From Desulfomicrobium sp. (lineage in GTDB: Bacteria > Desulfobacterota > Desulfovibrionia > Desulfovibrionales > Desulfomicrobiaceae): 64,000 nt of DNA. This document shows, piece after piece, positions 9,990 to 20,689 of the stretch. The notes beneath the pieces are model-generated. The model saw only the letters and a program-made list of their open reading frames with translations. It was not told where the DNA came from and made no database searches. The position numbers and the translations under genes were made by a program. The number at the start of each line of letters is the position of its first letter. Within the stretch, counting starts at the first letter, position 1. The stretch spans positions 992,001-1,056,000 of the forward strand of contig JAXGMI010000001.1 in NCBI GenBank assembly GCA_040768745.1, given 5' to 3'.

Positions 9990-12626
9990 GTGATCAGCGC
10001 TGACGAGATTCGCAAACGATTTCTGGAATATTTTAAGGAACATTGGCATACCGTGCTGCCCAGCTCCTCTCTGGTGCCCCAGGATGACCCGACCTTGCTC
10101 TTCACCAACGCAGGCATGGTCCAGTTCAAGAAGATTTTTCAGGGGCAGGAAAAGAGGGAGTATTTCCGGGCCACAACCTCCCAGAAATGCCTGAGGGTGG
10201 GCGGCAAGCACAACGATTTAGAGAATGTGGGCCGCACGGCCCGCCATCACACTTTTTTCGAAATGCTCGGGAATTTCTCCTTCGGGGATTATTTCAAGGA
10301 GGAGGCCATTCGCCTGGCCTGGAATTTCGCGACCAAGGAGCTGGGTCTGGACAAGGACCGACTCTATATCTCCATCTTCCGAGACGACGACGAAGCCAGC
10401 GAGCTGTGGCGGAAGGTGGCCGGCGTACCGACAGAGCGCATCTTCCGCCTCGGCGAGAAGGACAACTTCTGGGCCATGGGCGACACGGGCCCCTGCGGCC
10501 CCTGCTCCGAGATCTACGTGGACCAGGGCGCAGACATGGCCTGCGGGCCCGACTGCGGCATCGGCAAGTGCGACTGCGACCGGTTCCTAGAAATCTGGAA
10601 CCTGGTCTTCATGCAGTTCAACCGCTCGGCCGACGGGACCATGACCCCCCTTCCCAAGCCGAGCATTGACACGGGCATGGGCCTGGAGCGCATCACTGCA
10701 GTCTGTCAGGGGAAACGTTCCAACTTCGACACGGACCTCTTCCAGGGTCTGATCCAGACCATGGCCAAAAAGGCCGGCGTGGCCTACCGCCAGGACGAGG
10801 AATCGGACACGGCCCTCAGGGTCATCGCCGACCACAGCCGGGCCATCGCCTTTTTGCTGGCCGATGGCATGCTGCCCTCCAACGAGGGCCGGGGCTACGT
10901 CCTGCGCCGGCTGATCCGCCGGGCCTACCGCTTCGGCAAGATGCTGGGCTTCAATGAACCTTTTCTGTGTGAGTCCACGGCCCAGGTGGCTGACGAGATG
11001 GGTGGAACTTTTCCGGAGCTCATTGCAAACAAGAACTTCATGGTCCGTGTGGTACGTCAGGAAGAAGAGCGTTTCGGAGAGACCCTGGACAAAGGTCTGC
11101 GCATTCTCGAGGACGAGATGGCGACCCTGACCGCTTCGGGGAGCAAAACCATCGGCGGCGAGACGGCCTTCAGGCTGTACGACACGTATGGATTTCCCCT
11201 CGATATCGTCAACGACATTGCCGAAAAGCAGGGTTTTGCCGTGGATGAGCCCGGTTTTCGCGAGCATATGGCTGTGCAGAAGAAGAAGTCCAAGGAAGCC
11301 TGGGCCGGCTCCGGGGACAAGGGGCTGGCCGGGCAGTTCGCGGCCCTCATGGGTTCGGGCCTTGAGTCCGCCTTCATCGGCTACGACTGCCTGTCCGCCG
11401 TGAGCCGCATTGTCGCCCTGCTGGACGCCGAAGGCCAGCCCGTGGATCGCCTGAACGGCGGCACCGGCTTTATGGTCACGCTGAAGACCCCGTTCTACGG
11501 CGAATCCGGCGGGCAGATGGGTGACACGGGGCGGGTGCAGGCCCCCACGGGTGCGGCCCGCGTGATCGATACACTCAAGCCCGCGCCGACGCTCCTCGTG
11601 CACAAGGTCGAGGTCACCGGCGGCGAGATCCTGGCCGACCAGGAAGTGGAGCTTTTCGTGGAGGAAGGCGAGCGCGTGGCCACAGCCCGCAACCACTCCT
11701 GCACCCACCTGCTGCACGCGGCCCTGCGCCGGGTGCTGGGCGATCACGTCAAGCAGGCCGGCTCCTTGGTGGGACCCTCGCGCCTGCGCTTCGACTTCAC
11801 CCACATCTCGGGCCTCACGGCCGAGGAGTTGCAGCGGGTCGAGGATGAGGTCAACCGCGTCATCCTGGCCGACGCGCCCATCACCACGCAGGTCATGTCC
11901 TACGACGCGGCCGTGAACGAGAAACAGGCCATGGCCCTGTTCGGCGAGAAGTACGAGGCCGACGTGCGCGTGGTCGAGATGGCCGGCGAATCCGTGGAGC
12001 TGTGCGGCGGGACGCACCTGGAGTCCACGGGCCAGGCCGGTTCCTTCGCCATCCTGTCCGAGGCCGGCATCGCCGCGGGCGTGCGCCGCATCGAAGCCCT
12101 GACGGGCTGGGACGCCCTGCGCCACTGGCAGGCCCAGCGCGAGGAGGTCCGCGCCGCGGCCGTCCTGCTCAAGGCCGCCCCGACCGAGGTTTCGAAGAAG
12201 ATCGCGGTCCTGCAGGACCAGGCCAAGGCCCTGTCCAAGGAACTGCAGGCCCTGCAGGCCAGGGTCATGTCCGAAAGCGGCAAGGACCTGGCCTCCGAGG
12301 CCAAGGACATCGCCGGCATGAAGGTGCTGGCCAGGAAGGTCGAGGCCCCCGACGTGAACGCCCTCAGAAATCTCATGGACGACCTGCGTTCCAAGATCGG
12401 CAGCGGCGTCATCGCTCTGGCGGCTGAGATCGATGGCAAGGCCATGCTGGTCTTGTCCGTGAGTAAGGATCTGCATGGCCGATTCACGGCCCCGGCACTG
12501 ATCAGGGAAGTTTCTTCCGAAATCAGGGGCGGCGGGGGCGGACGACCCGATCTGGCCCAGGCCGGAGGGTCAGAACCTGAGGGTATCGAACGGGCCCTGG
12601 CCAAGTTGGAGGAGATTTTGGCATAA
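9990..12626 (+). CDS. alaS: Alanine--tRNA ligase
   Basis: [32 protein letters not shown] and ELCGGTH editing motifs, GGGGG.P.LAQ; GAGG RBS plus GTG start. Confidence 0.99.
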   Translation: MISADEIRKRFLEYFKEHWHTVLPSSSLVPQDDPTLLFTNAGMVQFKKIFQGQEKREYFRATTSQKCLRVGGKHNDLENVGRTARHHTFFEMLGNFSFGDYFKEEAIRLAWNFATKELGLDKDRLYISIFRDDDEASELWRKVAGVPTERIFRLGEKDNFWAMGDTGPCGPCSEIYVDQGADMACGPDCGIGKCDCDRFLEIWNLVFMQFNRSADGTMTPLPKPSIDTGMGLERITAVCQGKRSNFDTDLFQGLIQTMAKKAGVAYRQDEESDTALRVIADHSRAIAFLLADGMLPSNEGRGYVLRRLIRRAYRFGKMLGFNEPFLCESTAQVADEMGGTFPELIANKNFMVRVVRQEEERFGETLDKGLRILEDEMATLTASGSKTIGGETAFRLYDTYGFPLDIVNDIAEKQGFAVDEPGFREHMAVQKKKSKEAWAGSGDKGLAGQFAALMGSGLESAFIGYDCLSAVSRIVALLDAEGQPVDRLNGGTGFMVTLKTPFYGESGGQMGDTGRVQAPTGAARVIDTLKPAPTLLVHKVEVTGGEILADQEVELFVEEGERVATARNHSCTHLLHAALRRVLGDHVKQAGSLVGPSRLRFDFTHISGLTAEELQRVEDEVNRVILADAPITTQVMSYDAAVNEKQAMALFGEKYEADVRVVEMAGESVELCGGTHLESTGQAGSFAILSEAGIAAGVRRIEALTGWDALRHWQAQREEVRAAAVLLKAAPTEVSKKIAVLQDQAKALSKELQALQARVMSESGKDLASEAKDIAGMKVLARKVEAPDVNALRNLMDDLRSKIGSGVIALAAEIDGKAMLVLSVSKDLHGRFTAPALIREVSSEIRGGGGGRPDLAQAGGSEPEGIERALAKLEEILA

Positions 12627-12789
12627 AAGGGTCGCCAAATGGCGGCTGTTTTCGTTCGGTTGATGACCCTGTATGAAACCAGAATCTGGTCATGGGAGCT
12701 CCTTTTGTGTTTCCAAAGGCACTGGCACTGCCTGAGCCACATACGTGAGGATTTGGTGAGTTGGTGGTCAGCAGACTCCGATCGTTGGG

Positions 12790-12805
12790 CGTAAAGTACT
12801 TTACG
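12790..12805. promoter_or_regulatory. Perfect 16-bp palindrome CGTAAAGTACTTTACG, Rex-like operator upstream of nfnAB
   Basis: GTAAA-N4-TTTAC has the geometry of the Rex box GTGAA-N4-TTCAC; lies about 90 bp before nfnA. Confidence 0.55.
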
Positions 12806-12893
12806 ATTGGGAGGATAATTTGAGATACTTGAAAAATAAAGACGATGAGTGTCTCAGGGTAACTGTTCGCCCATGACGGGCATGGAGGCATTG

Positions 12894-13736
12894 GTGAGTA
12901 CAATTCTGAAAAAACGGGTCCTCATCCCCGGACGGGTCACGGAGATGATCCTGGACGCACCCGAAATCGCGGTCAAGGCCAAACCGGGCAATTTCGTCAT
13001 CCTCCGCGTGGCGGAGGACGGCGAGCGCTTTCCGCTGACCATCGCCGACGCCGATGCCGGAAAAGGGACCATCACCATCGTCTACCTTGTCCTGGGCAAG
13101 AGCACGGCCATGCTGGACACGCTGGGCGAAGGCGATGCGGTTCTTGATCTGTGCGGCCCCCTGGGCCGGGCCACGGACATCCGCAAGGTCGGCACTGTGA
13201 TCTGCGTCGGGGGCGGCACGGGCATCGCTGCCATGCACCACATCGCCAAGGGCCACGCCCAGGCCGGGAACAAGGTGGTGTCCATCATCGGCGCGCGTTC
13301 GGCAGATCTGCTGCTCTTCGAGGAGGAGCTCTCGAAATTCAGCCACGAGGTTCTGATCGCCACCGACGACGGCAGCAAGGGGCAGAAGGGCTTCGTGACC
13401 CAGGTCCTTAAGGAGCGCCTGGAGTCCGACCCGGACGTCAAGGAGGTCGTGGCCGTGGGGCCGGTGCCCATGATGCGCGCAGTGGCCGAAGTGACCCGCC
13501 CCTTCGGCGTGAAGACGGTGGTCAGCCTGAACTCCATCATGGTCGACGGCATCGGCATGTGCGGCGCCTGCCGGGTGCGGGTGGACGATTCCATCCGCTT
13601 CGCCTGCGTGGACGGGCCCGAGTTCGACGCCCACAAGGTGGATTTCGGCGAGCTGATGATGCGGCTGGGGTCGTACGTTCCGCAGGAAAAACAGTCCTAC
13701 AAGTGCTACTGTGAGTGCCATGGCAAAGAAAGCTAA
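12894..13736 (+). CDS. nfnA: NfnA/SudB small subunit of the electron-bifurcating transhydrogenase (FAD, 2Fe-2S)
   Basis: KPGNFVILR, ERFPLTIAD, GGGTGIA, MVDGIGMCGACR..CVDGPEFD; GGAGG RBS. Confidence 0.88.
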   Translation: MSTILKKRVLIPGRVTEMILDAPEIAVKAKPGNFVILRVAEDGERFPLTIADADAGKGTITIVYLVLGKSTAMLDTLGEGDAVLDLCGPLGRATDIRKVGTVICVGGGTGIAAMHHIAKGHAQAGNKVVSIIGARSADLLLFEEELSKFSHEVLIATDDGSKGQKGFVTQVLKERLESDPDVKEVVAVGPVPMMRAVAEVTRPFGVKTVVSLNSIMVDGIGMCGACRVRVDDSIRFACVDGPEFDAHKVDFGELMMRLGSYVPQEKQSYKCYCECHGKES

Positions 13737-15135
13737 ACTCCTCCCCCGCGTGTCCATGCCCATGCAGGACCCCCATGTCCGCAGCGGCAATTTCAACGAG
13801 GTCGCTCTGGGCTACACCCTGGAGCAGGCGCAGGCCGAGGCCCGGCGCTGTCTGCAATGCAAGAACCCCACCTGCCAGGCCGGCTGCCCGGTCGAGGTGG
13901 ACTGCAAGGCCTTCATTCACGAAGTGGTCGAGGGGCGCCTCGACGAGGCCTACAAGGTCATCAAGGCCACCAACAGCCTGCCGGCGGTCTGCGGCCGGGT
14001 CTGCCCCCAGGAAAAGCAGTGTGAGGCCAGGTGCAAGCTGAACCCCACAGGCCAGCCTGTCGCCATCGGCCGCCTGGAGCGCTTCGTGGCCGATTCCTAC
14101 TATGCCGTGAATCCGTGCGATGCCGTCACCGGCGGGGACGACTGCAAGCTCCTGCGCGAGGACTTGAAGGTCGCCTGTGTCGGCTCGGGCCCGAGCAGCC
14201 TTACGGCCGCCGGTTATCTGGCCGCCCTAGGCGTGTCCGTGACGGTGTTCGAGGCCCTGCACGAGGTGGGCGGCGTACTGACCTACGGCATCCCGGAGTT
14301 CCGCCTGCCCAAGTCCATCGTGCACACGGAAGTGGAGTTCCTGAAGCGCATGGGAGTGGTCTTCAAAACCAACTGGGTCGTGGGCAAGACCGTCTCCATC
14401 CAGGATTTTTTTACCCAGGGCTACAAGGCGGTGTTCATCGGTGTGGGAGCGGGGCTGCCCAAGTTCCTGAACATCCCCGGGGAGAGCCTGCTGGGCGTTT
14501 ACAGCGCCAACGAGTATCTGACCCGCGTCAACCTCATGCGTGGCTACAAGTTCCCTGAAGTGGACACGCCCGTGGCCGCCGGCCGGCAGGTCACAGTCCT
14601 GGGCGGCGGCAACGTGGCCATGGACGCGGCCCGCACGGCCCTGCGCCTGGGTGCCGAGAAGGTGACCATCGTCTACCGCCGCACCAAGGAGGAGATGCCG
14701 GCCCGTCTCGAAGAGCTTGAACACGCCCTGGAGGAGGGGGTCTGCCTGGAGAATCTGGCGGCCCCGGTGTCCTTCAACGGCGACGAGAAGGGCCACTTGA
14801 CGGGCTTGACCGTGCAGCGCATGGAACTGGGAGAACCCGATGCCTCGGGGCGGCGCAAGCCTGTCCCGGTGGCGGGGGCGTTCTTCGACATTCCCACGGA
14901 TCTGGCCATCCTCGGTATCGGTACGGGGCCCAATCAGGTCCTGCTGCGCGAAACTCCGGAGCTGACGCTGAACAAATGGGGCTACATCCAGGCCGACCCA
15001 GAAACCGGCGAAACGGAGATCCCCATGGTCTTCGCCGGCGGCGACATCGTCACAGGCGCGGCCACGGTGGTCCTGGCCATGGGCGCCGGGCGCAAATCCG
15101 CCCGGGAAATCGCCCGCAGGCTCGGCCTTCTCTAG
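13720..15135 (+). CDS. nfnB: NfnB/SudA large subunit (GltD-like NADPH flavoprotein with 4Fe-4S clusters)
   Basis: RCLQC..P.C..GCP, CGRVCPQEKQCE, YGIPEFRLPK, GGGNVAMD, GDIVTGAATV; overlaps nfnA. Confidence 0.88.
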   Translation: MAKKAKLLPRVSMPMQDPHVRSGNFNEVALGYTLEQAQAEARRCLQCKNPTCQAGCPVEVDCKAFIHEVVEGRLDEAYKVIKATNSLPAVCGRVCPQEKQCEARCKLNPTGQPVAIGRLERFVADSYYAVNPCDAVTGGDDCKLLREDLKVACVGSGPSSLTAAGYLAALGVSVTVFEALHEVGGVLTYGIPEFRLPKSIVHTEVEFLKRMGVVFKTNWVVGKTVSIQDFFTQGYKAVFIGVGAGLPKFLNIPGESLLGVYSANEYLTRVNLMRGYKFPEVDTPVAAGRQVTVLGGGNVAMDAARTALRLGAEKVTIVYRRTKEEMPARLEELEHALEEGVCLENLAAPVSFNGDEKGHLTGLTVQRMELGEPDASGRRKPVPVAGAFFDIPTDLAILGIGTGPNQVLLRETPELTLNKWGYIQADPETGETEIPMVFAGGDIVTGAATVVLAMGAGRKSAREIARRLGLL

Positions 15136-15164
15136 CTTGTCAGTTATGGCTTCTCCCGCTACAC

Positions 15165-15203
15165 AACCGGTTCCGGGCACTGGCTCGGAGCCGGTTTTTT
15201 TTT
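15165..15203 (+). terminator. Rho-independent terminator after nfnB
   Basis: AACCGGTTCCGGGC-actg-GCTCGGAGCCGGTT stem followed by a T run. Confidence 0.85.
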
Positions 15204-15272
15204 CAACCCGGCGTGGTGGCTTGCATTCACGATCGTTCCCGGCTTTCTGAATCAGGGGTTTTTAGGATATAT

Positions 15273-16454
15273 ATGGCTCAATTTGTTGGAGTTTCCTTCA
15301 GGAGGCAGGGTCAGGTCTACTATTTCCAGGCCACTCCTTTCGTTCTCTCTCTGCAGGACATGGTCCTGGTCAAGACCGAAGAAGGGATAGGTTTCGGTCA
15401 GATTGTGACCTTGCGGGACGCTCTGCCTGACGGCGTCGACCCTGAGGCCGTCAAGCCCATCTATCGACCGGCCACCCAAGAGGACTTGGAGATTGGACGA
15501 GAAAATCTCGCCCTGGCCAAGGAGGCCCGGAAGTTCTGCCAGCAGTGCGTAGATCGGCTCGGCCTGGACATGAAGCTGGTGGAAGTGGAGATCTACTTCG
15601 ACCGCAGTAAGATGATCTTTTACTTTACGGCACCGGGGCGAGTGGATTTCCGCGAATTGGTCAAGGACCTGGTCCGCAACTACCGCACCCGCATCGAGCT
15701 GCGCCAGATCGGCGTGCGTCACGAGACCCAGATGCTCGGCGCCCTGGGTAACTGCGGACAGGTCTGTTGCTGCCGCCGCTATCTGCGTCGCTTTGAGCCT
15801 GTGACCATCAAGATGGCCAAGGATCAAAATCTGTTTTTAAACCCGGCCAAAATATCCGGAGTCTGTGGTCGACTTTTGTGTTGTCTGGCCTACGAGAAGG
15901 ATAACTACTCGGATTTCCAGAACCGGGCTCCCAAGATAGGCCGCAGGTATATGACCTCCCAGGGAGGGATGAAGACGTTGCGGGCCAACATGTTTCGCGA
16001 CTCGGTCACCGTGCTGACCGAAGCGGGGGAGGAGGTGGACTTCTCTCTGAGCGATTGGGCCGTCATGCTCTTGCCGGATCAACCCAGGGGGCAGACCTCA
16101 GAAGACTGCCCGGATGATGTTCCTGCGGAACTGGAAGCTCTGGTCGATCCGGAATTACGCGCCCAAAGCGGCCAACGATCCGAAAGCCAGGCCTCCAGGC
16201 ACCAGCGCAAGGACCAGCGTCTTCGCCATGGGGCAGCAGGGCATGGTCCGCGCATGGACAGGCGCGAACGGCCGGACCGGCCTGAACACCACGGGCGATC
16301 CCTGCGTGAAGGCTTACGTGGGGAATCGGGCGAACGTACTGAAGACCGGGATCAGACGGGCCAGCCGCGGGACCGCAGGGAACAGCGATACCGGGATAAG
16401 CGGCGCAAGCCTGCACCTTCCCCCCGTGAAACAGGGGCAAAAGTCAAAGAGTGA
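15273..16454 (+). CDS. ricT: PSP1-domain protein (RicT/YaaT family) with Arg-rich disordered C-terminal tail
   Basis: RVDFRELVKDL, RIELRQIG.R, CGQVCCC, NPAKISGVCGRLLCCL. Confidence 0.85.
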   Translation: MAQFVGVSFRRQGQVYYFQATPFVLSLQDMVLVKTEEGIGFGQIVTLRDALPDGVDPEAVKPIYRPATQEDLEIGRENLALAKEARKFCQQCVDRLGLDMKLVEVEIYFDRSKMIFYFTAPGRVDFRELVKDLVRNYRTRIELRQIGVRHETQMLGALGNCGQVCCCRRYLRRFEPVTIKMAKDQNLFLNPAKISGVCGRLLCCLAYEKDNYSDFQNRAPKIGRRYMTSQGGMKTLRANMFRDSVTVLTEAGEEVDFSLSDWAVMLLPDQPRGQTSEDCPDDVPAELEALVDPELRAQSGQRSESQASRHQRKDQRLRHGAAGHGPRMDRRERPDRPEHHGRSLREGLRGESGERTEDRDQTGQPRDRREQRYRDKRRKPAPSPRETGAKVKE

Positions 16455-16486
16455 ACAGGACCCGGAGCGCAGCAAGGAGATATGCT

Positions 16487-18433
16487 TTGAAACCGTTTTT
16501 TATATCCACACCCATCTATTACGTGAATGCCCGGCCCCATCTGGGGCATGGCTACACGACAATCGTCGCGGACAGTATCAGCCGTTTTCATCGCCTGAAA
16601 GGCGATGCGACGTTTTTTTTGACCGGCACGGACGAGCACGGCGACAAGATCGTACAGGCCGCAGAGGCGAGCGGCCAGGATCCCAAGACCTATTCCGACG
16701 CAATCAGCCGGTTGTTTCAGGAGCTCTGGCCCCGGCTGGAGATTTCCAACGATCATTTCATCCGGACCACGGATCCTGAACACAAGGCTTGTGTGCAGCA
16801 CGTGCTGCAAGCCGTGTTCGACAAGGGCGACATCTATTTCGACGAGTATGGCGGGCACTACTGTTTCGGGTGCGAGCGGTTCTACACGGACAAGGAGCTG
16901 GTGGATGGCAAATGCCCGGACCATCAGACCGTGCCGACCTTTATCAAGGAGAAGAACTATTTCTTCCGCATGAGCAAGTATCTGGAGCCGCTGCGTCAGC
17001 ACATCGAGGCCAACCCGGAGTTCATCCAGCCCGAACGCTATCGCAACGAAGTTCTGTCCATGCTCAAAGAGGACCTGGGAGATTTGTGCATCTCCCGGCC
17101 CAAGACGCGGCTGACCTGGGGTATTGAGCTTCCCTTTGACACGGATTTCGTGACGTATGTCTGGTTCGATGCCCTTATCAACTACATTTCGGCCCTGGGC
17201 TATCCCGAGGGGGAGAAGTACCGCAGATACTGGACTGGAGCGCACCACTTGGTGGCCAAGGACATCCTCAAGCCCCACGCCGTATTCTGGCCGACCATGC
17301 TCATGTCCGCGGGCATCCCGCTCTACAAGGGTCTGCGGGTGCATGGGTACTGGACGGTCAACGAGACCAAGATGTCCAAGAGCCTGGGCAACGTCATCGC
17401 CCCTCTGGACATGGCCGAAAAATACGGCCTCAGTGCATTCCGCTATTTCCTGCTGTCGGAGATGAGTTTCGGCCAGGATTCCTCCTTCAGCGAGGAGGCC
17501 CTGGCGGGTCGCTTCAATGCCGATTTGGCCAACGACCTGGGCAACCTGTTTTCGCGCAGTCTGTCCATGACCCACAAGTATTTCGGTGGCAAAGTGCCCG
17601 AGTGCGGCCAGTTGATGGAGCTGGATCGGGAGGTACTTGAGATTGGACACAACGCCATAGCCAATTTCCAGATTCAATTCGAGCATTTTCAATTTTCCCG
17701 GGCCATGAAATCCCTGTGGGACCTGGTCCGGTATCTGAACAAATACATCGACACGGCGGCTCCCTGGACGCTGTTCAAGAACCAGGATCTAATCCGGCTG
17801 GGAACAGTCATCTATGTCATTCTGGAAGGGATGCGCAAGGTGGCCGTGCACCTGTGGCCCGTCATGCCATCAACCAGCGAGACCATGCTCGCCCAGCTCG
17901 GCGTGAAGTTCTCCCTGGAAGGAGCGGACCTGGAGGCCGAAACCTCATCCTGGTTCGGTTTGGCTCCGGGTACAGCCGTGGCCGAGCGTTCCAACCTCTT
18001 CCCCCGCCAGGATCTGGAGTCCAGGGGGGAAAGGCCCGCTGTGTCCAGGAAGGTCAAGACGCCCAAGGAGGCAGAGTCCGGTCCCAAGATCGAGATGGCC
18101 TGTCCGGAGTGCATCGAGTTTGAGGATTTTGCCAAGGTCGACCTGCGCGTGGGCACGGTGCTGGCTGTGGAGCAGCATCCTGAGGCGGACCGCCTGCTGA
18201 TCCTGAAGGTCGACACGGGTGAGGAAGACCTCCGGCAAGTGGTGGCCGGCATTGCAGAGCACTGGTCGCCGGAGGCCCTGCTTGGACGGCAGGTGGTTGT
18301 GGTGGCCAATCTGAAGCCCCGCAAGCTGCGGGGGCAGGTTTCCCAGGGCATGGTCCTGGCCCTCAAGCAGGAAGGCGGGATGCAGCTGCTCGTGCCGAGT
18401 GCAATAGTTAAAAACGGCAGCAAGGTGTCGTAA
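16487..18433 (+). CDS. metG: Methionine--tRNA ligase with C-terminal tRNA-binding domain
   Basis: PHLGH, TGTDEHG, YVWFDAL, KMSKS, DLRVG..SQGM; AAGGAG RBS plus TTG start. Confidence 0.98.
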   Translation: MKPFFISTPIYYVNARPHLGHGYTTIVADSISRFHRLKGDATFFLTGTDEHGDKIVQAAEASGQDPKTYSDAISRLFQELWPRLEISNDHFIRTTDPEHKACVQHVLQAVFDKGDIYFDEYGGHYCFGCERFYTDKELVDGKCPDHQTVPTFIKEKNYFFRMSKYLEPLRQHIEANPEFIQPERYRNEVLSMLKEDLGDLCISRPKTRLTWGIELPFDTDFVTYVWFDALINYISALGYPEGEKYRRYWTGAHHLVAKDILKPHAVFWPTMLMSAGIPLYKGLRVHGYWTVNETKMSKSLGNVIAPLDMAEKYGLSAFRYFLLSEMSFGQDSSFSEEALAGRFNADLANDLGNLFSRSLSMTHKYFGGKVPECGQLMELDREVLEIGHNAIANFQIQFEHFQFSRAMKSLWDLVRYLNKYIDTAAPWTLFKNQDLIRLGTVIYVILEGMRKVAVHLWPVMPSTSETMLAQLGVKFSLEGADLEAETSSWFGLAPGTAVAERSNLFPRQDLESRGERPAVSRKVKTPKEAESGPKIEMACPECIEFEDFAKVDLRVGTVLAVEQHPEADRLLILKVDTGEEDLRQVVAGIAEHWSPEALLGRQVVVVANLKPRKLRGQVSQGMVLALKQEGGMQLLVPSAIVKNGSKVS

Positions 18434-18455
18434 AGATCAGGAAAAGAAGCTTTTG

Positions 18456-18481
18456 AGGCAGGGCCGTCCCTGCCTTTTTTA
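18456..18481 (+). terminator. Rho-independent terminator after metG
   Basis: AGGCAGGG-ccgt-CCCTGCCT followed by a T run. Confidence 0.85.
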
Positions 18482-18495
18482 TTTCGATTCAGGGG

Positions 18496-19473
18496 TCAGA
18501 ACAGGCAACCCACAAAGTCCGCAGCGTCCACGTCGCGGATGAATTCGCAGACAGCAACGCCCCTCAACGCATCCAGGATGGCTCCCGGCTCGTGCCGTAC
18601 TCCGGCCAGGATCTTCTCCAGCTCAGCCACAGGCCGGGTTCCGAAGAAATCTCCGAAAATGCGCGCCCCGCGGATATGCCCGTGATGGACGTCGAGATGC
18701 ACCTCGACCACCCCGCCCTGGGTGCGCGTGCCACGTGTGAACCCGTAGTCCGGAGAGGCCCCGAAATTCCATTCCCATGTCCCGTATTTTGTGCGCACCA
18801 GGTCTGCAATGCCGGCTTCTTCATCTGGCCTGAGTCCCAGCTCGGCCGTGGAGGCCCCGCCGGACACGTGGTCCATGACCCGGTGAATGAAATCTTCAAC
18901 CGCCATGGGTTGGGGCAGGTGGCTGGCGATATTGGTCACCCGCTTCTTGACGCTTTTGACCGCCTTGTCCGCGTACTTGACCGGGTTGACCTTGAGCGCT
19001 CCGGACAGGTCAGTCATCTGGGCCGAAAAAAGCAGGGTCCCGTGATGAAGGACCCGATCCTTCTCCATGAACTGGGCGTTGCCGGAGAACTTATGGCCGT
19101 CAATGACCAGGTCGTTGCGGCCCTCGAACTGGCAGTTCACCCCCATGGCCCGCAGGGCTTCCAGAATGGGCGTGGTGAAGCGGTGGAAATCGAGATGTCT
19201 GCTCTGGTTGCCCAGCTGGATGAAAGAGAAGTTGACGTTGCCCAGATCATGGAACACGGCCCCGCCGCCGGTCAGACGACGGATGACCGCGATGCCGCGC
19301 TGGCGGACGAATTCCTGGTCAATCTCTGCCGTGGTATTCTGGTTGCGGCCGACGATGACGGCCGGAGCGTTGCGCCAGAGCATGAAGATGTCCGTGTGTG
19401 TGTTGCGCAGGAGCCACTCCTCGGCCGCAAGGTTGAAGGCTGGATCGGTGTGCCTGTTGTGCATGTACCGCAT
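18496..19473 (-). CDS. lplA: Lipoate--protein ligase A
   Basis: NLAAEE, GRNQN, RRLTGGGAVFHDLGN, GRNDL, KFSGNA, HHGTLL, W.WNFG. Confidence 0.95.
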   Translation of the reverse strand: MRYMHNRHTDPAFNLAAEEWLLRNTHTDIFMLWRNAPAVIVGRNQNTTAEIDQEFVRQRGIAVIRRLTGGGAVFHDLGNVNFSFIQLGNQSRHLDFHRFTTPILEALRAMGVNCQFEGRNDLVIDGHKFSGNAQFMEKDRVLHHGTLLFSAQMTDLSGALKVNPVKYADKAVKSVKKRVTNIASHLPQPMAVEDFIHRVMDHVSGGASTAELGLRPDEEAGIADLVRTKYGTWEWNFGASPDYGFTRGTRTQGGVVEVHLDVHHGHIRGARIFGDFFGTRPVAELEKILAGVRHEPGAILDALRGVAVCEFIRDVDAADFVGCLF

Positions 19474-19507
19474 GGATGTCTCCTATGAGGGTCAGTTGGC
19501 GGGGAGC

Positions 19508-20689
19508 CTACTCCACGAGAATTTCCAGTCCCTTCAGGTAGGACCCTTCGGGAAAAGGCAGGGCCACGGGATGATCTGCCGCCTGGCTCAGACGGTGAAG
19601 AATGCGGCCGTTGCGTCCGGCATCCAGGGCCGCATCGGCCACGATTTTCTGGAACAATCCGTCTTCCATCAATCCGGAGCAGGAAAAGGTGAAGAGCCGT
19701 CCACCGGGCTGCAAGAGCCGGAACGCACACAGGTTGATGTCCTTGTAGCCCCGGCAGGCCCGGTTCAGGCTGGCCTTGGAGTCGGCGAACTTGGGGGGGT
19801 CCAGCACAATGATGTCATAGCGGCGGCCTTCTCTGTGCCAGGCGCGCAGGATTTGGAATGCGTCGCCGCAGACAGTGGTCATGCGTTCCGTCGGGAAGCC
19901 ATTTTTTTCCCGGTTGCGATCGGCCAAAGCCAGGGCCTGGGCTGATGCATCCAGCTGGGTTACGCGGGCCGCGCCACCGCCCAGGGCGGCGAGTCCGAAG
20001 CCCCCGGTGTAGCAGAAGCAGTTCAGCATTTCAGCTCCAGCCGCAACCCGGCCCACTGCCAGTCGGTTGTCGCGCTGGTCCAGGTAAAAACCGGTCTTGT
20101 GACCACCACGCACATCAACCAGGTATTCAAGTCCATTCTCAAGGATCGGGACAAGCTCCGGGATCCGACCATGAACGACCCCGATCCGCTCCTGGAGGCC
20201 TTCCTTGGCCCGCACTTCCACGTCCGACCGCTCCAGGATGGCGTCGTCAGGGTAGAGTTGGCGCAGTGCATCAACAACTGCCTTGCGACAGAACTCCGCG
20301 CCCGCGGTCAGCAACTGGAAAACGAGCACTCCGTTGTAGCGGTCCAGGATCAATCCGGGCAGGCCATCGGACTCGGAATGAACCAGGCGCAGGGCAGTGC
20401 CTGATCCTTCCAGTCCGTGGCGCTGGCGAGCGGCGTTCCTGATGCTCCGCAAAAAGAACTGTTCGTCAATCCGTTCGTCCGTATCAAAGGTCCAGATCCG
20501 GGCCTGGATCTGGGACGCGGGCGAAAAAGCGGCCCGACCGAGCCAGTCGCCGTTTTCTGCTCGCACATCCACAGTCTGTCCTGGTTTCGGGTTGCCAATG
20601 ACGCGGGCCACGGCTCCGGAAAAGATCCATGGGTGCCGTCTGCGCAGCGATTTTTCGCGACCTTTGGATATGATGAGTTGTGGGTCCAC
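19508..20689 (-). CDS. rlmI: RlmI-family SAM-dependent rRNA m5C methyltransferase
   Basis: HPWIFSG PUA domain, ESDGLPGL..D.Y, GHKTGFYLDQR, DPPKFA, PEG.YLKG; AAGGA RBS plus GTG start. Confidence 0.9.
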   Translation of the reverse strand: MDPQLIISKGREKSLRRRHPWIFSGAVARVIGNPKPGQTVDVRAENGDWLGRAAFSPASQIQARIWTFDTDERIDEQFFLRSIRNAARQRHGLEGSGTALRLVHSESDGLPGLILDRYNGVLVFQLLTAGAEFCRKAVVDALRQLYPDDAILERSDVEVRAKEGLQERIGVVHGRIPELVPILENGLEYLVDVRGGHKTGFYLDQRDNRLAVGRVAAGAEMLNCFCYTGGFGLAALGGGAARVTQLDASAQALALADRNREKNGFPTERMTTVCGDAFQILRAWHREGRRYDIIVLDPPKFADSKASLNRACRGYKDINLCAFRLLQPGGRLFTFSCSGLMEDGLFQKIVADAALDAGRNGRILHRLSQAADHPVALPFPEGSYLKGLEILVE

